The notes under the pieces: model-generated
Seen by the model: only the letters and a program-made list of their open reading frames with translations
What the model was told of the DNA's origin: nothing
The model's database searches: none
NCBI GenBank assembly: GCA_963842085.1
Contig: CAWJET010000001.1
Coordinates: 2,528,001-2,592,000, forward strand
Reading direction: 5' to 3'
Source of the DNA: an uncultured delta proteobacterium
Lineage (GTDB): Bacteria > Desulfobacterota > Binatia > Binatales > Binataceae
DNA length: 64,000 nucleotides
Program-made: the position numbers and the translations under genes
In this document: piece by piece, positions 11,767 through 22,375 of the stretch
Layout: every line of letters begins with the position of its first letter
Position numbering within the stretch: the stretch's first letter is position 1

Positions 11767-13332
11767 TCAGTTGAGCCTCCAAATTCTGATCCTGGGACCG
11801 GCACGCTCCGCGGAGGAGATATTCGCTATTGGCGCATAGTAAGCATCGACTGGATCGTATTTCGGCGGTGGTCGATCGGGTTTGATAGGATTGATATCGA
11901 GCATCTGGGTGCCTCGGGCGCTTAGCTCCTCCATCTCCTCTGGCGAAACACCCCTAGAGTAGAACACGATTGCTGGCAGAGTGTCAGAAAGTACCCACTG
12001 AATGTTTTCCTTCTTGAGGATATCGAGCGGCTGCAAGGCTACGTAACGATAGCTCTGCGGAAGCTGGGGTTTCCCACATAGGTTGGCTAGATCACTTACA
12101 GCTATCTCGGTACCGGGCTGGATGTTCGCCTCAATCCATTTTCGTCCGATAGTGCGTGTGTCGTCTCGCAGCAAAAGTCTGTTGAGTGCTAAGTCGTTAT
12201 GAATCGACGGTAGCAGTAGAAACGCAATTCCGGCGAACACAACAGCACGCGCTCCAATGAAACCGAGCCGAGCTTGGGTTGATTCGATCAGATCTGACAT
12301 AAGGGCCGCAGCAAGCAGAACGAAACCCGGGAGCGGAAATACGAGATAACGATAGAAGAGGTAGCGACTATAAATCAAGGGCATTATGCACGCAACGACG
12401 AAAGCAAACAGGGCCACTGTGCCGGGTTTCCTATGCAGGACTGTCCATGATGCGGCGCCGATGAAGAGACCCATCAGAGCATATCCGTAGGCCTCAGGCG
12501 CGGCGTGAAACATGAGCCACGACCATTTGTACGTGGCGAGGGGGTTTGGCAGACCATCGAGGACGAATCCTCGCTGATACACGTAGTCGTGAACTGTTTG
12601 ACCCCAATCCAAAACGAAATAAGGCGTCGCGCAGAGGAAGGTGACGAGCGTTGCAAATCCCGCAAGGTATATCCGGATATCCAGCAACGACCTAAGTATC
12701 GAACGACCCTCGTGAACGCGAGCTTCACCATGACCAACGACAATAGCGGCGATAACAGCACCGGCAGGATACTTGGTCGCGACGGCGAAGCCTGCGAAGC
12801 AACCTGCCATCAAATAGTTCGTTTCTCTGCCCGCGTAAACCATTCGCACTACCATTGCCAGGCACAGCACCAGCCAAAAAACGGCACCGGCGTCAGTTGT
12901 GGCGTACTTGGACTCGCGCACGTGAAGGGTTGATACCGTCATGATCGCTGCCGCGGCGAGCGCAGCTTCAGCTCCGAGAGGAGCAGCCGCCATGTATATC
13001 GCCGGTATCGTGGCGGTCCCTAGAGCAGCGGAAACGCGGCGGGCGACAAGATATGCACCCGACCCGTTGTCGCCAACGTAGCTCTCACGAAAGTCGGAAT
13101 GATCGCCGGTGAGCTTCGCAACCAAAATGAGAGCTACGTGGTCCACGTACATTTGTGCGGCTGGATAAGTCGCGAAGTGTGGATTCCAATCCTGATCGAA
13201 ACCCAGCGCGCGCGACACCACGTATTCTTCGTCGGGCCGGAACTTATCGGGCAGACCGAAGCTGGTTGCGGTAAAGCGAAGCCAGCCGGCCAAGAGGGTC
13301 ATCAAGCACAAAAGTATGGTTCGAGTTTTCAT
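11767..13332 (-). CDS. ArnT/PMT-like (GT-C) membrane glycosyltransferase
   Basis: WLRF..FGLP..RPDE, NPHF.YP, HVRESKYATTD, ATKYP and RYLVF motifs; multi-TM; the start overlaps the upstream stop (ATGA). Confidence 0.85.
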   Translation of the reverse strand: MKTRTILLCLMTLLAGWLRFTATSFGLPDKFRPDEEYVVSRALGFDQDWNPHFATYPAAQMYVDHVALILVAKLTGDHSDFRESYVGDNGSGAYLVARRVSAALGTATIPAIYMAAAPLGAEAALAAAAIMTVSTLHVRESKYATTDAGAVFWLVLCLAMVVRMVYAGRETNYLMAGCFAGFAVATKYPAGAVIAAIVVGHGEARVHEGRSILRSLLDIRIYLAGFATLVTFLCATPYFVLDWGQTVHDYVYQRGFVLDGLPNPLATYKWSWLMFHAAPEAYGYALMGLFIGAASWTVLHRKPGTVALFAFVVACIMPLIYSRYLFYRYLVFPLPGFVLLAAALMSDLIESTQARLGFIGARAVVFAGIAFLLLPSIHNDLALNRLLLRDDTRTIGRKWIEANIQPGTEIAVSDLANLCGKPQLPQSYRYVALQPLDILKKENIQWVLSDTLPAIVFYSRGVSPEEMEELSARGTQMLDINPIKPDRPPPKYDPVDAYYAPIANISSAERAGPRIRIWRLN

Positions 13333-13997
13333 GGCGGTATCCGCCTGGTCGGCGAGGTCGCGAACCGCCACAGCAAAAGAAGGACACCGGCCGCCAAGAT
13401 GGCGCCGACCAAAGCGAACACGATGGTACGTTGATGTGGCAGGTCGAGAGTCGTACCTCCGTATACCCGGTCAGAGGATTCAGGCGGATTGCCGCCTTCA
13501 GCGATTGAGATCGCGGTAAACTCCGCAGTCCCGGAATTAAGAGAAGCAAAGCCGCCGAGTCGACACTCCAGCCGAAGCGTATGCTGATCCGGGCGTGTCT
13601 TCATCCAAAAGTCAAGCAACTGCCAGCCGACCGTTCCTCGAATGTCTTTCGTGCTATAGCCATTCTCGGTCACGGACAGATAGGCACCCATAGCAGCATC
13701 GCCGACGCCCTCAGTACGAGCCCAGCCTGAAACGCGGTACCACGTCGAAGGAGAAACTGTGATAGTTTGTACCCAGCGCGAATCAGCAGGCTTAAGGTTT
13801 GCGACTTGTAACTCGCCGATGCTCAACGAATCGACGCTCCACTTGAATGAGACGGCTGTCGAGTCGGCAAAGAACGCCTCATGCTGCCAGCCAGTCGGCA
13901 TATTCGCAATCCCTTCTGTTAGCAGCCCATTCTTCACGATCTCGGCTGTCGCGGGCAACGGGTGCACCAGCAGAAGTAATAGTGTCATTCGCACCAT
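13329..13997 (-). CDS. Membrane-anchored carbohydrate-binding-module-like (galactose-binding fold) protein
   Basis: Signal peptide, DSRWVQ..V.P..WY.VSGW.RTE.V...GA.LS..CRLGGFA, C-terminal TM; paralogous to the N-terminal domain of 15478-18396. Confidence 0.65.
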   Translation of the reverse strand: MVRMTLLLLLVHPLPATAEIVKNGLLTEGIANMPTGWQHEAFFADSTAVSFKWSVDSLSIGELQVANLKPADSRWVQTITVSPSTWYRVSGWARTEGVGDAAMGAYLSVTENGYSTKDIRGTVGWQLLDFWMKTRPDQHTLRLECRLGGFASLNSGTAEFTAISIAEGGNPPESSDRVYGGTTLDLPHQRTIVFALVGAILAAGVLLLLWRFATSPTRRIPP

Positions 13998-14061
13998 CAG
14001 GCAAATAGGGCCAACGTAGTAGAGTCTCACGCGCGTCACCCGTCTATGAGAAGGCGTGCGG

Positions 14062-15468
14062 TCAAAAGCCCAAACCGCGGATCTGCCAAACGCCAAAGGA
14101 AACGAGAAAGATCGATGCGACGATCAATACCTTCGCCAATTGATCAGCTTTATGTCTCATGCCGAGAGCCATAAGAACCAGAAGAAATGGATACACCTGC
14201 AAATAATAGCGGGTGCCAAATTGAGCATAGCCACTCGCGTAGATCGTGAGGCTGAACAAGCTGCCGACTGCAGCCATGAGAGCGATCAAACAAGGAATTG
14301 GCCGGCAAAAACTTGGACGAAACGCGAGAACAAATGCCGGACTCGTAAGTGGTAAAGATTGGCCGACTAAAGTGGGGTGTATATAGGGAAAGCGGCCATC
14401 CAAAGCCGGAGCGAGAAACAGAAGGGTATATAGATTAGCTGGCAAATAAGCGAAAGACAGCGGGCCAGTGTCCGGATGATGTTGGGGATCGGTTGGATAG
14501 TAGATCCACATCGTTAGATCGAAAAAAGACCCAAAGCGACTCTTGTTCAAAACAATAAACACCAGCCCAGCCAAGATCCAGCCGGGCAGCATCCAAATCA
14601 GCTCGCGTGGTTTTTTTTTCAAAACGAATAGCGTGAGCGCGTAGAAGGGAAAAGTGAGGGCCAGATCGTAGCGCGCTAGAGCGGCGAAAGCGGTAAGCAG
14701 GCCCAACAGCCAAGCCCGACCCTCTCCGAAAAGCTCGTTAAGTGCCAGCAAGGTCATCAAGACCGATACAACCAGAACAAAATCCCAGCTGTTTCCTACC
14801 GTTGCCTCAAACCACAGAGTCGTTCCAATACCGAAGAACACAGTTAGCCAAATGCGTGGCGCCATGCTTAACCCAAGAAGGCCAAGTAGGCGCCATGCCA
14901 GCGCCACTTCAATCGCGCCCAGGATGACTGAGATTGCGGTTTGGTTCGTGGACATCCCGAACAGCATCACCACCGGCATCAGTAGAATCGCGGACATCGG
15001 AGGATGAACCAAATATTTGCGTCCTTCCCAGGTGATGTGTTCCATGTACTGCGGGACGTTCTCAACCCATATCCGTCCATGGAGAAACGCGTCAGACTGC
15101 CGCACAGGCTCATTGAACGCGGTTGCCTCGCATGATCCGGTGATTGAATAGAAAGCTAGGAAGGCCACCAGAACGGCGAGAAAGCTCCAGGTCGAAGCGT
15201 TGGGCAATCTGAGATGGACGGTCGCTCGATTGTGGGCTTGATGGCTAAGAGGTAGTATCCCGAGGCCCAGGATTCCCAGGCAGAGCGACGTCACAGCCAG
15301 GTAATTTGGCAGTCGGCCGCCTCGTCGAAGCCAAAGAGAATCAACGGCGACTGACAGAACAGCCAATCCGAAAAAGACTCCTGCTACTCTCCAATTCAAG
15401 TCGTCGCGGCCGAGCTTCGTTTCAGTGCCTAATGACTGGTGCATAGGCGTAAACTCGACTGTGGACAT
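14062..15468 (-). CDS. Multi-pass membrane protein, putative GT-C glycosyltransferase
   Basis: AFLHGR, YLVHPP, ARYD, NKSRFGSFFD and GYAQFGTRY motifs; many TM helices. Confidence 0.65.
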   Translation of the reverse strand: MSTVEFTPMHQSLGTETKLGRDDLNWRVAGVFFGLAVLSVAVDSLWLRRGGRLPNYLAVTSLCLGILGLGILPLSHQAHNRATVHLRLPNASTWSFLAVLVAFLAFYSITGSCEATAFNEPVRQSDAFLHGRIWVENVPQYMEHITWEGRKYLVHPPMSAILLMPVVMLFGMSTNQTAISVILGAIEVALAWRLLGLLGLSMAPRIWLTVFFGIGTTLWFEATVGNSWDFVLVVSVLMTLLALNELFGEGRAWLLGLLTAFAALARYDLALTFPFYALTLFVLKKKPRELIWMLPGWILAGLVFIVLNKSRFGSFFDLTMWIYYPTDPQHHPDTGPLSFAYLPANLYTLLFLAPALDGRFPYIHPTLVGQSLPLTSPAFVLAFRPSFCRPIPCLIALMAAVGSLFSLTIYASGYAQFGTRYYLQVYPFLLVLMALGMRHKADQLAKVLIVASIFLVSFGVWQIRGLGF

Positions 15469-15477
15469 AATAATCTC

Positions 15478-18396
15478 CTACCTGGTCTCCGTGGGCACAG
15501 GTTCAGGTATCAGCAATTTTGTAGGCACAACTTCTTCTTGACCTTCTGGACGCACCCAACTCAATTTCATCGACGAAGAGCCCCATATGTTCCGCTGCCC
15601 AACCTCGATGAGATGACGACCACGAGTCAGCAATGCGCTTCCCTCACTCGTAAACCTGGTAACCTGGCCTGGGTCCGCGATCACCGTCTTGCCGTCGATA
15701 CTCAGCCAACCACAATCGTCGGCTAGAATGATAAATCGGTAGGTGCCATCACTTGGTACGTCAATCCAGCCCCGCCAGATCACTACTGACGGGTACGGCA
15801 ACCCACCCAACGAAGAAATATCGTCGAAATCGATCGTCTTGTCTACGCGGATTATGTGAGGAGCAGATTTATTCGCCTCCATCCCTTCATAGTAGAATCC
15901 AAGCAAACCATGCTTCTCGGGCTTCGCGGCGGCCCGAGCAAGACGAGTGAAAAAAGGCGGAGCAAAGAGCATCGCAATTGCAAATGCGATCCCGACTCTT
16001 CGCAGAGTCCCGTCGCGCTGCGTATCGGTGTCGGTAACTGACTTTAGGTAGAGCGCGCAAACTATCCAAAGCGAAGCCAACGGCAACAGCTGAAGCCATC
16101 CTGGGAGACCTATGATCTTTCCAAAGTTGAAAGCAGTCGAGTCACCCACGATCGGCGGACCTCCGAAGTAGGAATTCCTGTTGTATGCGAGGTCGCCACG
16201 GGCAAACGCCTGCCATAAAAAATCACGGAAGGGATTTGTATATTCGTAAGGAAGATGCGGCTCGACGGCGGTTGCCATCAGCATTAGAAACGTCGAAAGA
16301 AGAGCCGATCCAGCCAACGCCGTGTTCCATTTTTTCGGAAGAAAAGTAAGCGCCAAGACCAAAAAGGGTATCGCTGGCAGCATGTGCCTTGGACCGGTGG
16401 CGGTTCCTCCGCCCCAGTAAATGATTGAATCTCCGTAGGATGCGTTTAGCAGTACGAAAGCGAGTATGCTAGAAACGATTACGATGAACTCTGCCCGAAG
16501 GCTGGAACGCCGCCAAAAGAACCACAACCCTGCAGTAGCTAGTATCAACACCGGGTTGCAGAAGAACAGACCGCGCTGTGGACCGAGTAGTACCTGCCAC
16601 AAGACCTCGAGGCGTGGAAATGTCACGCCGCTGAACCCCTGCGCTTGCGCGGGAAATCGCGTGTTCCCAGGAAGCATGTAAGCTTCATAACTGAGAAAGA
16701 ATGGTCGACCAAATGCCAACCAGTCGTAGGTAAAGAGTAAACCTGCTATCAGCGCGGAACCGAGAGCGAACCAGCTAAACTGCCTCGACCACCCAAGCCG
16801 CCAGAGCGCATAGGCAGCGAGAATCGCTGATATGAGAATCGAGGGATAGTCGCAGAGTCCTGCCCAACCGGCTAGCAGACCAGCTCCAAAATAAGGCCAG
16901 AAGGCGGTTTCGCCGTCGTTTGTGAAAAGCAGGTAGAATGCGGCAAGTAGGCAAGTCGCCGCGATCGGTTCACCGGCGAACTCCGTGGCGTGCGGAAACA
17001 TGATCGTCCCGAAAGCGAGTATCAATGCCAGGGCAACACTCCTTTTCTGGCTCGCACCGAAAACGAGCGCCAGCTGATAGATCAGGATGACCATCAGCGA
17101 TACAAGCAGGCCGATTGATAAGACGGTACTGAGATAGGTCACCAAAGCCCAACGCACCGATTCGGTCTTGATCTGAAACAAAGCCGTTATCCAGAGACTC
17201 ACTATCCACGGCACGATGCCAGTTAATGAGCCGCCCGGCGCTTTGTTTGAGTAGTAGTGCGAGCCCCAATCTACTAGATCGGCCGTGTTATATCCGCAGT
17301 ATCCATCGACCCAGAGTGTTCTGCGTTCCAGAAGAGAACGAATCAGGTCAAAACGCACGGCAGTGTTATGATCAGAAGCCTGATAAAAGTATGCGAAGGT
17401 TGCAAGCGATACGCAGAAGAGTGCAACTTCAGCTTTTCGGCTGGGTGCGTTAACCGAGGACGTAATTTGACCGAGAAGCCGCCGTTGCTGCGACAAGATG
17501 GAAGACACGTCTTGCGTGACCAAAACGGCGAGTCTCGGCCATGCCAATACTCCTACCAGCACCAAGGCAGCCAAGAGTACAGCAGCGATAACCTGGCTGG
17601 AATTGTCGATCGCACCACTGGCGGAAGTGATCGCTTTCCCTCCATTGTGAATGATATCTAGGTCGTACTGAAAGCGTTCATTCGGCGAAGGAGGGTCCGA
17701 GCTAACTCCCCTGATGTTTCGGCAGGCTGCGCGACCAGTATTGAGTGCCGCGAATCCGCCCAGGCGGCATGCCAACAGGACATCACCGCCCGAAGTACCA
17801 ATCTTGAGATAGAATCCTACCGGTTGCCAGTCGTTGGTCCCATGGAGATCAGCGGAGATTATTCCGTCCTCCACGATGCTGAGATTTGCTCCGGTGATGC
17901 CCTCGGGGACATTCTCGGTGCGGATGTCAGCGGTGAAGTGGTACCAACCCGCAGCTAGATGCAGAGACTGTACCCACCGCGCATCGTTGGGCTTGGTGCT
18001 GGAGATCGCGAGCTCGTTCGGCGAGTCTTTAGGTCTATTCCAACTGTAGGTGGTGAAATCAGAACCTTCCCGCCATCCTTCGCTCCGCCAATGATCAGGC
18101 GAGCCAGACGCGCCTTCGGTCAAACCAGGGTTCAGCAGGACACTTTCGCCAGCGCGAGCTATCTGGGGGTTGATTTCGGTTAGCAGACATAACATCAGAA
18201 CGATCAGGGCTATGCGGATCGGAGCGAAGCAACCTTTCGACGTGCCTGATAGTTGCTCCTGAGAGAAGACGCATCGGTGCCAGAAGCCACGGTACCTTAT
18301 ATCGAGCGTCCGAAGAGCAGATCGATTGAACCGGTTCCGGCGACGAAAGTAATACCGCTCGTTCATAGCCTTTTCGAGCTTAGGTTCACGTCGCAA
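15478..18396 (-). CDS. GT-C-like membrane protein with N-terminal CBM-like domain and C-terminal PA14 domain (true start uncertain, probably downstream of 18396)
   Basis: YYSNKAPG, CDYP, GPQRGLFFCNP and WGGG..GPRHMLP core motifs; GLLGFYY...RVDKTIDF...WRGWI...ADD..WLSIDGK PA14 domain. Confidence 0.8.
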   Translation of the reverse strand: MRREPKLEKAMNERYYFRRRNRFNRSALRTLDIRYRGFWHRCVFSQEQLSGTSKGCFAPIRIALIVLMLCLLTEINPQIARAGESVLLNPGLTEGASGSPDHWRSEGWREGSDFTTYSWNRPKDSPNELAISSTKPNDARWVQSLHLAAGWYHFTADIRTENVPEGITGANLSIVEDGIISADLHGTNDWQPVGFYLKIGTSGGDVLLACRLGGFAALNTGRAACRNIRGVSSDPPSPNERFQYDLDIIHNGGKAITSASGAIDNSSQVIAAVLLAALVLVGVLAWPRLAVLVTQDVSSILSQQRRLLGQITSSVNAPSRKAEVALFCVSLATFAYFYQASDHNTAVRFDLIRSLLERRTLWVDGYCGYNTADLVDWGSHYYSNKAPGGSLTGIVPWIVSLWITALFQIKTESVRWALVTYLSTVLSIGLLVSLMVILIYQLALVFGASQKRSVALALILAFGTIMFPHATEFAGEPIAATCLLAAFYLLFTNDGETAFWPYFGAGLLAGWAGLCDYPSILISAILAAYALWRLGWSRQFSWFALGSALIAGLLFTYDWLAFGRPFFLSYEAYMLPGNTRFPAQAQGFSGVTFPRLEVLWQVLLGPQRGLFFCNPVLILATAGLWFFWRRSSLRAEFIVIVSSILAFVLLNASYGDSIIYWGGGTATGPRHMLPAIPFLVLALTFLPKKWNTALAGSALLSTFLMLMATAVEPHLPYEYTNPFRDFLWQAFARGDLAYNRNSYFGGPPIVGDSTAFNFGKIIGLPGWLQLLPLASLWIVCALYLKSVTDTDTQRDGTLRRVGIAFAIAMLFAPPFFTRLARAAAKPEKHGLLGFYYEGMEANKSAPHIIRVDKTIDFDDISSLGGLPYPSVVIWRGWIDVPSDGTYRFIILADDCGWLSIDGKTVIADPGQVTRFTSEGSALLTRGRHLIEVGQRNIWGSSSMKLSWVRPEGQEEVVPTKLLIPEPVPTETR

Positions 18397-19844
18397 ACGA
18401 TACCGAAGGTGATCGAGTCCAGCAAGCAGACAAACTTGAGAACAGACGCTGGGACTTCGGGTCCAAGGTCACGGCAATATCCCTGGCCAACAACGTACGA
18501 TGATTCGGTTCTTCTCGCGCGCGGCGACTCTTACCCGTGCTGACAGCTATGCTGAGCGCGGCCTGACGGGAATCAAAACTGGAATACCGCCGCTTTATTG
18601 ACGGCGAACCGGGTCCATATACGCTCGGGTAGCCGCAGTGTGGCAACCGGCGACTCGATCATGTTGCGGTGCGCGGGTGTTTCAACTGACATCGCCGGGC
18701 ATCGCGTGTGTGGACGCCCTATGCTAGGCTACCCGGGGCAACGGGTGCTCTGTCAGCCGATTAACAATGGTCCCTTTGGATGTGGGCGTCCCCGGTCCAG
18801 AAGCCGGGAGCCAGCGTGGACGCGCCGTTCCTGCCGCCATCGTGCCCACCGGTCACCAGAGGCGTGGTGGTAATTGGTTCAGGAGCTCTTATGAGAGTTC
18901 GGATTCGTATGGTGTTTACCGCTGATAAGCGCAATTGGCTGTAGCATTGGGGGCACACAAACGACGCTAAACATTTTTCCTTGGTGTCGCGGAAGCTCCG
19001 GACAGAGATAGCGCGCGGCCGTAGGTGGATATCGCTTGCGCAGATATGTCTCCCTTATACAGGAAGTGTTCCTCCGGACCCGACGCGGTACCACCACGCC
19101 ACCGGTACAGCCAGAGCTGGGCAGGATCGGAACCTCATTGGAAAGAGCAGGCCGCAATAGAAAGAGCAGGCCGCAATAGATTGATAGCTCGTTGAAGTCT
19201 ACGTTCCACGCGATTCCATTATGAGACGTCGATGAAGGACCGGACGCTAGTGCTTCTCGCACGGCTGAGCATCATCTTAGTGTTTGCCCTGCTAGTTGCG
19301 GCCGTGATCACTGCCATCCGTTTCACGGGAACTTGGGGAGTGTGATCTCTCGCTCGTGCCGCTGATTGCGGATGCGATGCCGTGCTTTTCCTCATTCGAG
19401 GGAGCGGTGTCGCGGGTCGTGGCTCGGCCCCAAATGAGGGGTGAAATTAACAGAACATTGTTTTGGTCTTAGCGCACAGCAGGCACGATCATCGCATAAT
19501 AGCAAGTTCAGAAATCGTCGAGACGATACTGAGTTTCCCGGTCTAAGGGCGTCCGAAATGGACGCGTCTTTTTCTCGTGAGCGGGCCGCGAGCTTTCCCG
19601 CACGATCGCCGTGGCCCGCTCGCGACCGACACTAGCGATTATCCGTTCCGGCGATCGGAAATCTCCAGCCCGCTGGCTCGCTCGCGCGCGATAACTACGT
19701 TGGCGTGCCGCGCGCACAATTCGATCTGCCGAACGTGTCAGCTGGCCCAGTCGCCCTTTTCGGCGATCAGGGTCGCGCGCTCCCGGCATCGGGTCTTCTT
19801 ACAAATGAGGACAGAATCGCGTATTTTAGTCCCTGGGCCGGAAA

Positions 19845-20306
19845 TTGTTTGAATTCTGCGCCGGGAGGATACAGCTCGTGCTATCAATTCGCTCCTTTCA
19901 ATGCCGTCCGCGTGTTGCAATTCTTGGCGCGATTCTGGCGCTTGGCTCTTGTCTTGCTGTTGCTCCTGCATGTTATGCGGAACCTCCCGTCTTGACAACC
20001 GTCGTCCCAACCACTGTCTCGACAACCGTCGTCCCAACCACCCAGCAGTTCTGCATCTCCCAGGGGGAAGCGACAGCCCAAGTCATTTCGCAATGCCCGA
20101 GTCGTGAAGTCGTAGTTGGCGGCGCCGGCGCCTTTTCTCCTGAGCTCTCTAATGGCTTCGCGCAAAATGTGAACTTGAGTATTCCTACCTCAAGCGGGGA
20201 CGGATGGATTGGCCAGCAAACTTTAGTGAATAATTCTACCGAGCAGATTTGCTATCAAATAACGGTCTACGCGATCTGCGTTCCGGGCACGGCGACCGTC
20301 CTATAG
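19845..20306 (+). CDS. Small secreted Cys-containing protein (start uncertain)
   Basis: Signal-like segment ending ACYA; CP....VVGG.G...S.P...GDGW...ITVYAIC pattern; internal 27-bp tandem duplication (TTVVPTT). Confidence 0.55.
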   Translation: MFEFCAGRIQLVLSIRSFQCRPRVAILGAILALGSCLAVAPACYAEPPVLTTVVPTTVSTTVVPTTQQFCISQGEATAQVISQCPSREVVVGGAGAFSPELSNGFAQNVNLSIPTSSGDGWIGQQTLVNNSTEQICYQITVYAICVPGTATVL

Positions 20307-20342
20307 CTTAGGAGAACATAGGATGCGCCCCAAATGGGATAC

Positions 20343-20624
20343 TTACCAATGATGATCTGTCTCGATGTTCTCGTCCGGATCTGGGAAGGCATGCATGAAG
20401 CATCCGATGGGTATGCTCACCCGTGACAGGTTGCGGTCGAGCGCATAACGGTCATCAAGGGCATACGCGACGAACGCGGCACCCCCGGACGGCCTTGTTG
20501 AGGAAGCGCGGCGATCCCGTCTGCGACGAACCAGGCACAGGGCCGGCGTGGTGAATATCAAATAGCGATAGAAAAGCAAGTCCTTGTGGAATAACGCGAG
20601 GCCGATCAGCGCCAACGGTACCAC
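20343..20624 (-). pseudogene. Fragment of an ArnT-like glycosyltransferase paralog
   Basis: LLFYRYLIFTTPAL resembles YLFYRYLVFPLPGF in 11767-13332. Confidence 0.35.
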
Positions 20625-21068
20625 GATTGCCGAGGCGGCCAGCGCGTCCGCAATTGCCTTCTAACGCGACTCATTCCACGCCCGCACAAAGCCGACCACA
20701 CCCAGCTCGACCGTACGCCTAAGGATCAGCGCCTGCGTGCACGAGTTGGACGCGCTGATGGTAATCCTGGCGTCCTGGTTTTTCTCCGGGCGGGAAGGCG
20801 GGGAGCTCGACAGTCGTGCCTTGTTCGGGGGCTTGAGCCCTGGTGGTGGCTATGTTAGCGCGTCTTGACGCCGTTCCCGCGGCGGTCGCGATATGGCTGT
20901 ACGGCGCGGCGGTGCATGGAAGCTGGTTCTTAATTTGCCTGATCGGTGGTCGCGAATGACACGACGAACGCGGCTTGCCGTGGCAGACCCGCTCGGCGGA
21001 GGTCCTGAACATTACCAAAGTTTGTGGGCGCCTGTTGACCTTTGTGCGAGAGTGCGAGAGATCCGGAT

Positions 21069-22349
21069 ATGCCCAAGGCGCCGGATGACTACCAGTTGCG
21101 GTATCCGATAGATTTCGGTGATATCGACCCGTCGATTCGCCAACGGCCCGTGCAGCTCTACGCGGCCGACTTCGGCAAATCGCGCGGCATCCTTTATACG
21201 CCGGCCAACGGCAAGCCGCGCACCGTCGTGCTCATGGCGCACCCGCGCGCCGACTTCAGCACGCACTATTCGATTCCCTACTGGGTCGACGCCGGCTTTG
21301 CCGCGTTCGGCTTCAACACGCGCTACCTCAACAACGACGCGATGATGCTCCACGAAAATCTGCTGCTCGATCTCGCTGCGGGAATTTGTTTCCTGCGCGA
21401 AGAGGAAGGCTTCGAGAAAATCGTGATGCTCGGAAATTCCGGTGGCGGCTCGTTATTCGCTTACTACGACGCACAAGCGTGCACACCGGCCGGTGGCCGC
21501 GTGACAGCGCCACCCGGCGGCGGCCCGCCGAATCTAAACAAGTTCGACCTGCCGACTGCGGACGGATATATCGCGCTCGCCGCGCATCCGGGACAGGGGA
21601 TGGTGCTGATGTCGTGCCTCGACGCGGCGGTCGTCGATGAATCCGATCCGCTCGCGAGCGATCCGGCGCTGGATATGTACGACGAGCGCAACGGCTTCAA
21701 GCCGCCGCCGGCCGAGAGCCGTTACTCAAAGGATTTCGTCGAGCGATACCGCGCGGCGCAACGCGCGCGATGCGCCCGAGTCGACGCGATCGCGCGCCGC
21801 CATATCGCCGAGGCGAGCAGCGGTCGCGCTGCGATGCGTGCGCCCGACTTTGCGGCGTCGAGCGCAGACAGTCGCAATTACGTTGCGCGGCGTGCGATGG
21901 CGCCGCGCTACATGCTCGTCTATCGCACGCAGGCGAACCTCAACTATCTCGACTTGTCGATCGATCCCTCGGAGCGCGCCGTCGGATCGATCATCTCGCC
22001 GCGACCCGATCTCGCGAACTACTCACCATTCGGCCTGGGTCGCATCGTTACACCCGACGCGTGGCTGTCGACATGGTCGGGAATGTCATCGTACGCGAAG
22101 ATGGCGTCGAATCTGCCTAAGGTGACGGTGCCGACGCTGGTGGTGGGCGCGAACGGCGACCAGGACATTTTCAATTCCGACGTGCGCGGCGAGTTCGAAG
22201 CGTCGGGCGCGAGCGACAAGACCATTGCGTTCATCGAAGGCGCCGATCACTTCATGCGCGCCGGCGGCGCCAAGTCGCATCTCGGCGACCCGCGGCCGCG
22301 CCTGATGAAGGTGCTGACAGAATGGACCCGCGCTCGTTTCGCTACCTAG
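21069..22349 (+). CDS. Alpha/beta-fold hydrolase
   Basis: GNSGGG nucleophile elbow; VPTLVV..GDQD acid residue; IEGADH histidine. Confidence 0.85.
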   Translation: MPKAPDDYQLRYPIDFGDIDPSIRQRPVQLYAADFGKSRGILYTPANGKPRTVVLMAHPRADFSTHYSIPYWVDAGFAAFGFNTRYLNNDAMMLHENLLLDLAAGICFLREEEGFEKIVMLGNSGGGSLFAYYDAQACTPAGGRVTAPPGGGPPNLNKFDLPTADGYIALAAHPGQGMVLMSCLDAAVVDESDPLASDPALDMYDERNGFKPPPAESRYSKDFVERYRAAQRARCARVDAIARRHIAEASSGRAAMRAPDFAASSADSRNYVARRAMAPRYMLVYRTQANLNYLDLSIDPSERAVGSIISPRPDLANYSPFGLGRIVTPDAWLSTWSGMSSYAKMASNLPKVTVPTLVVGANGDQDIFNSDVRGEFEASGASDKTIAFIEGADHFMRAGGAKSHLGDPRPRLMKVLTEWTRARFAT

Positions 22350-22375
22350 CCGATAGCATTCAGGAGGGATCGCAA

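Noticed and set aside
19141-19180. 19-bp tandem duplication (GAAAGAGCAGGCCGCAATA x2), and a similar 16-bp duplication at 37293-37324
   Set aside because: Only two copies with no spacer; these look like slippage duplications in decayed DNA.
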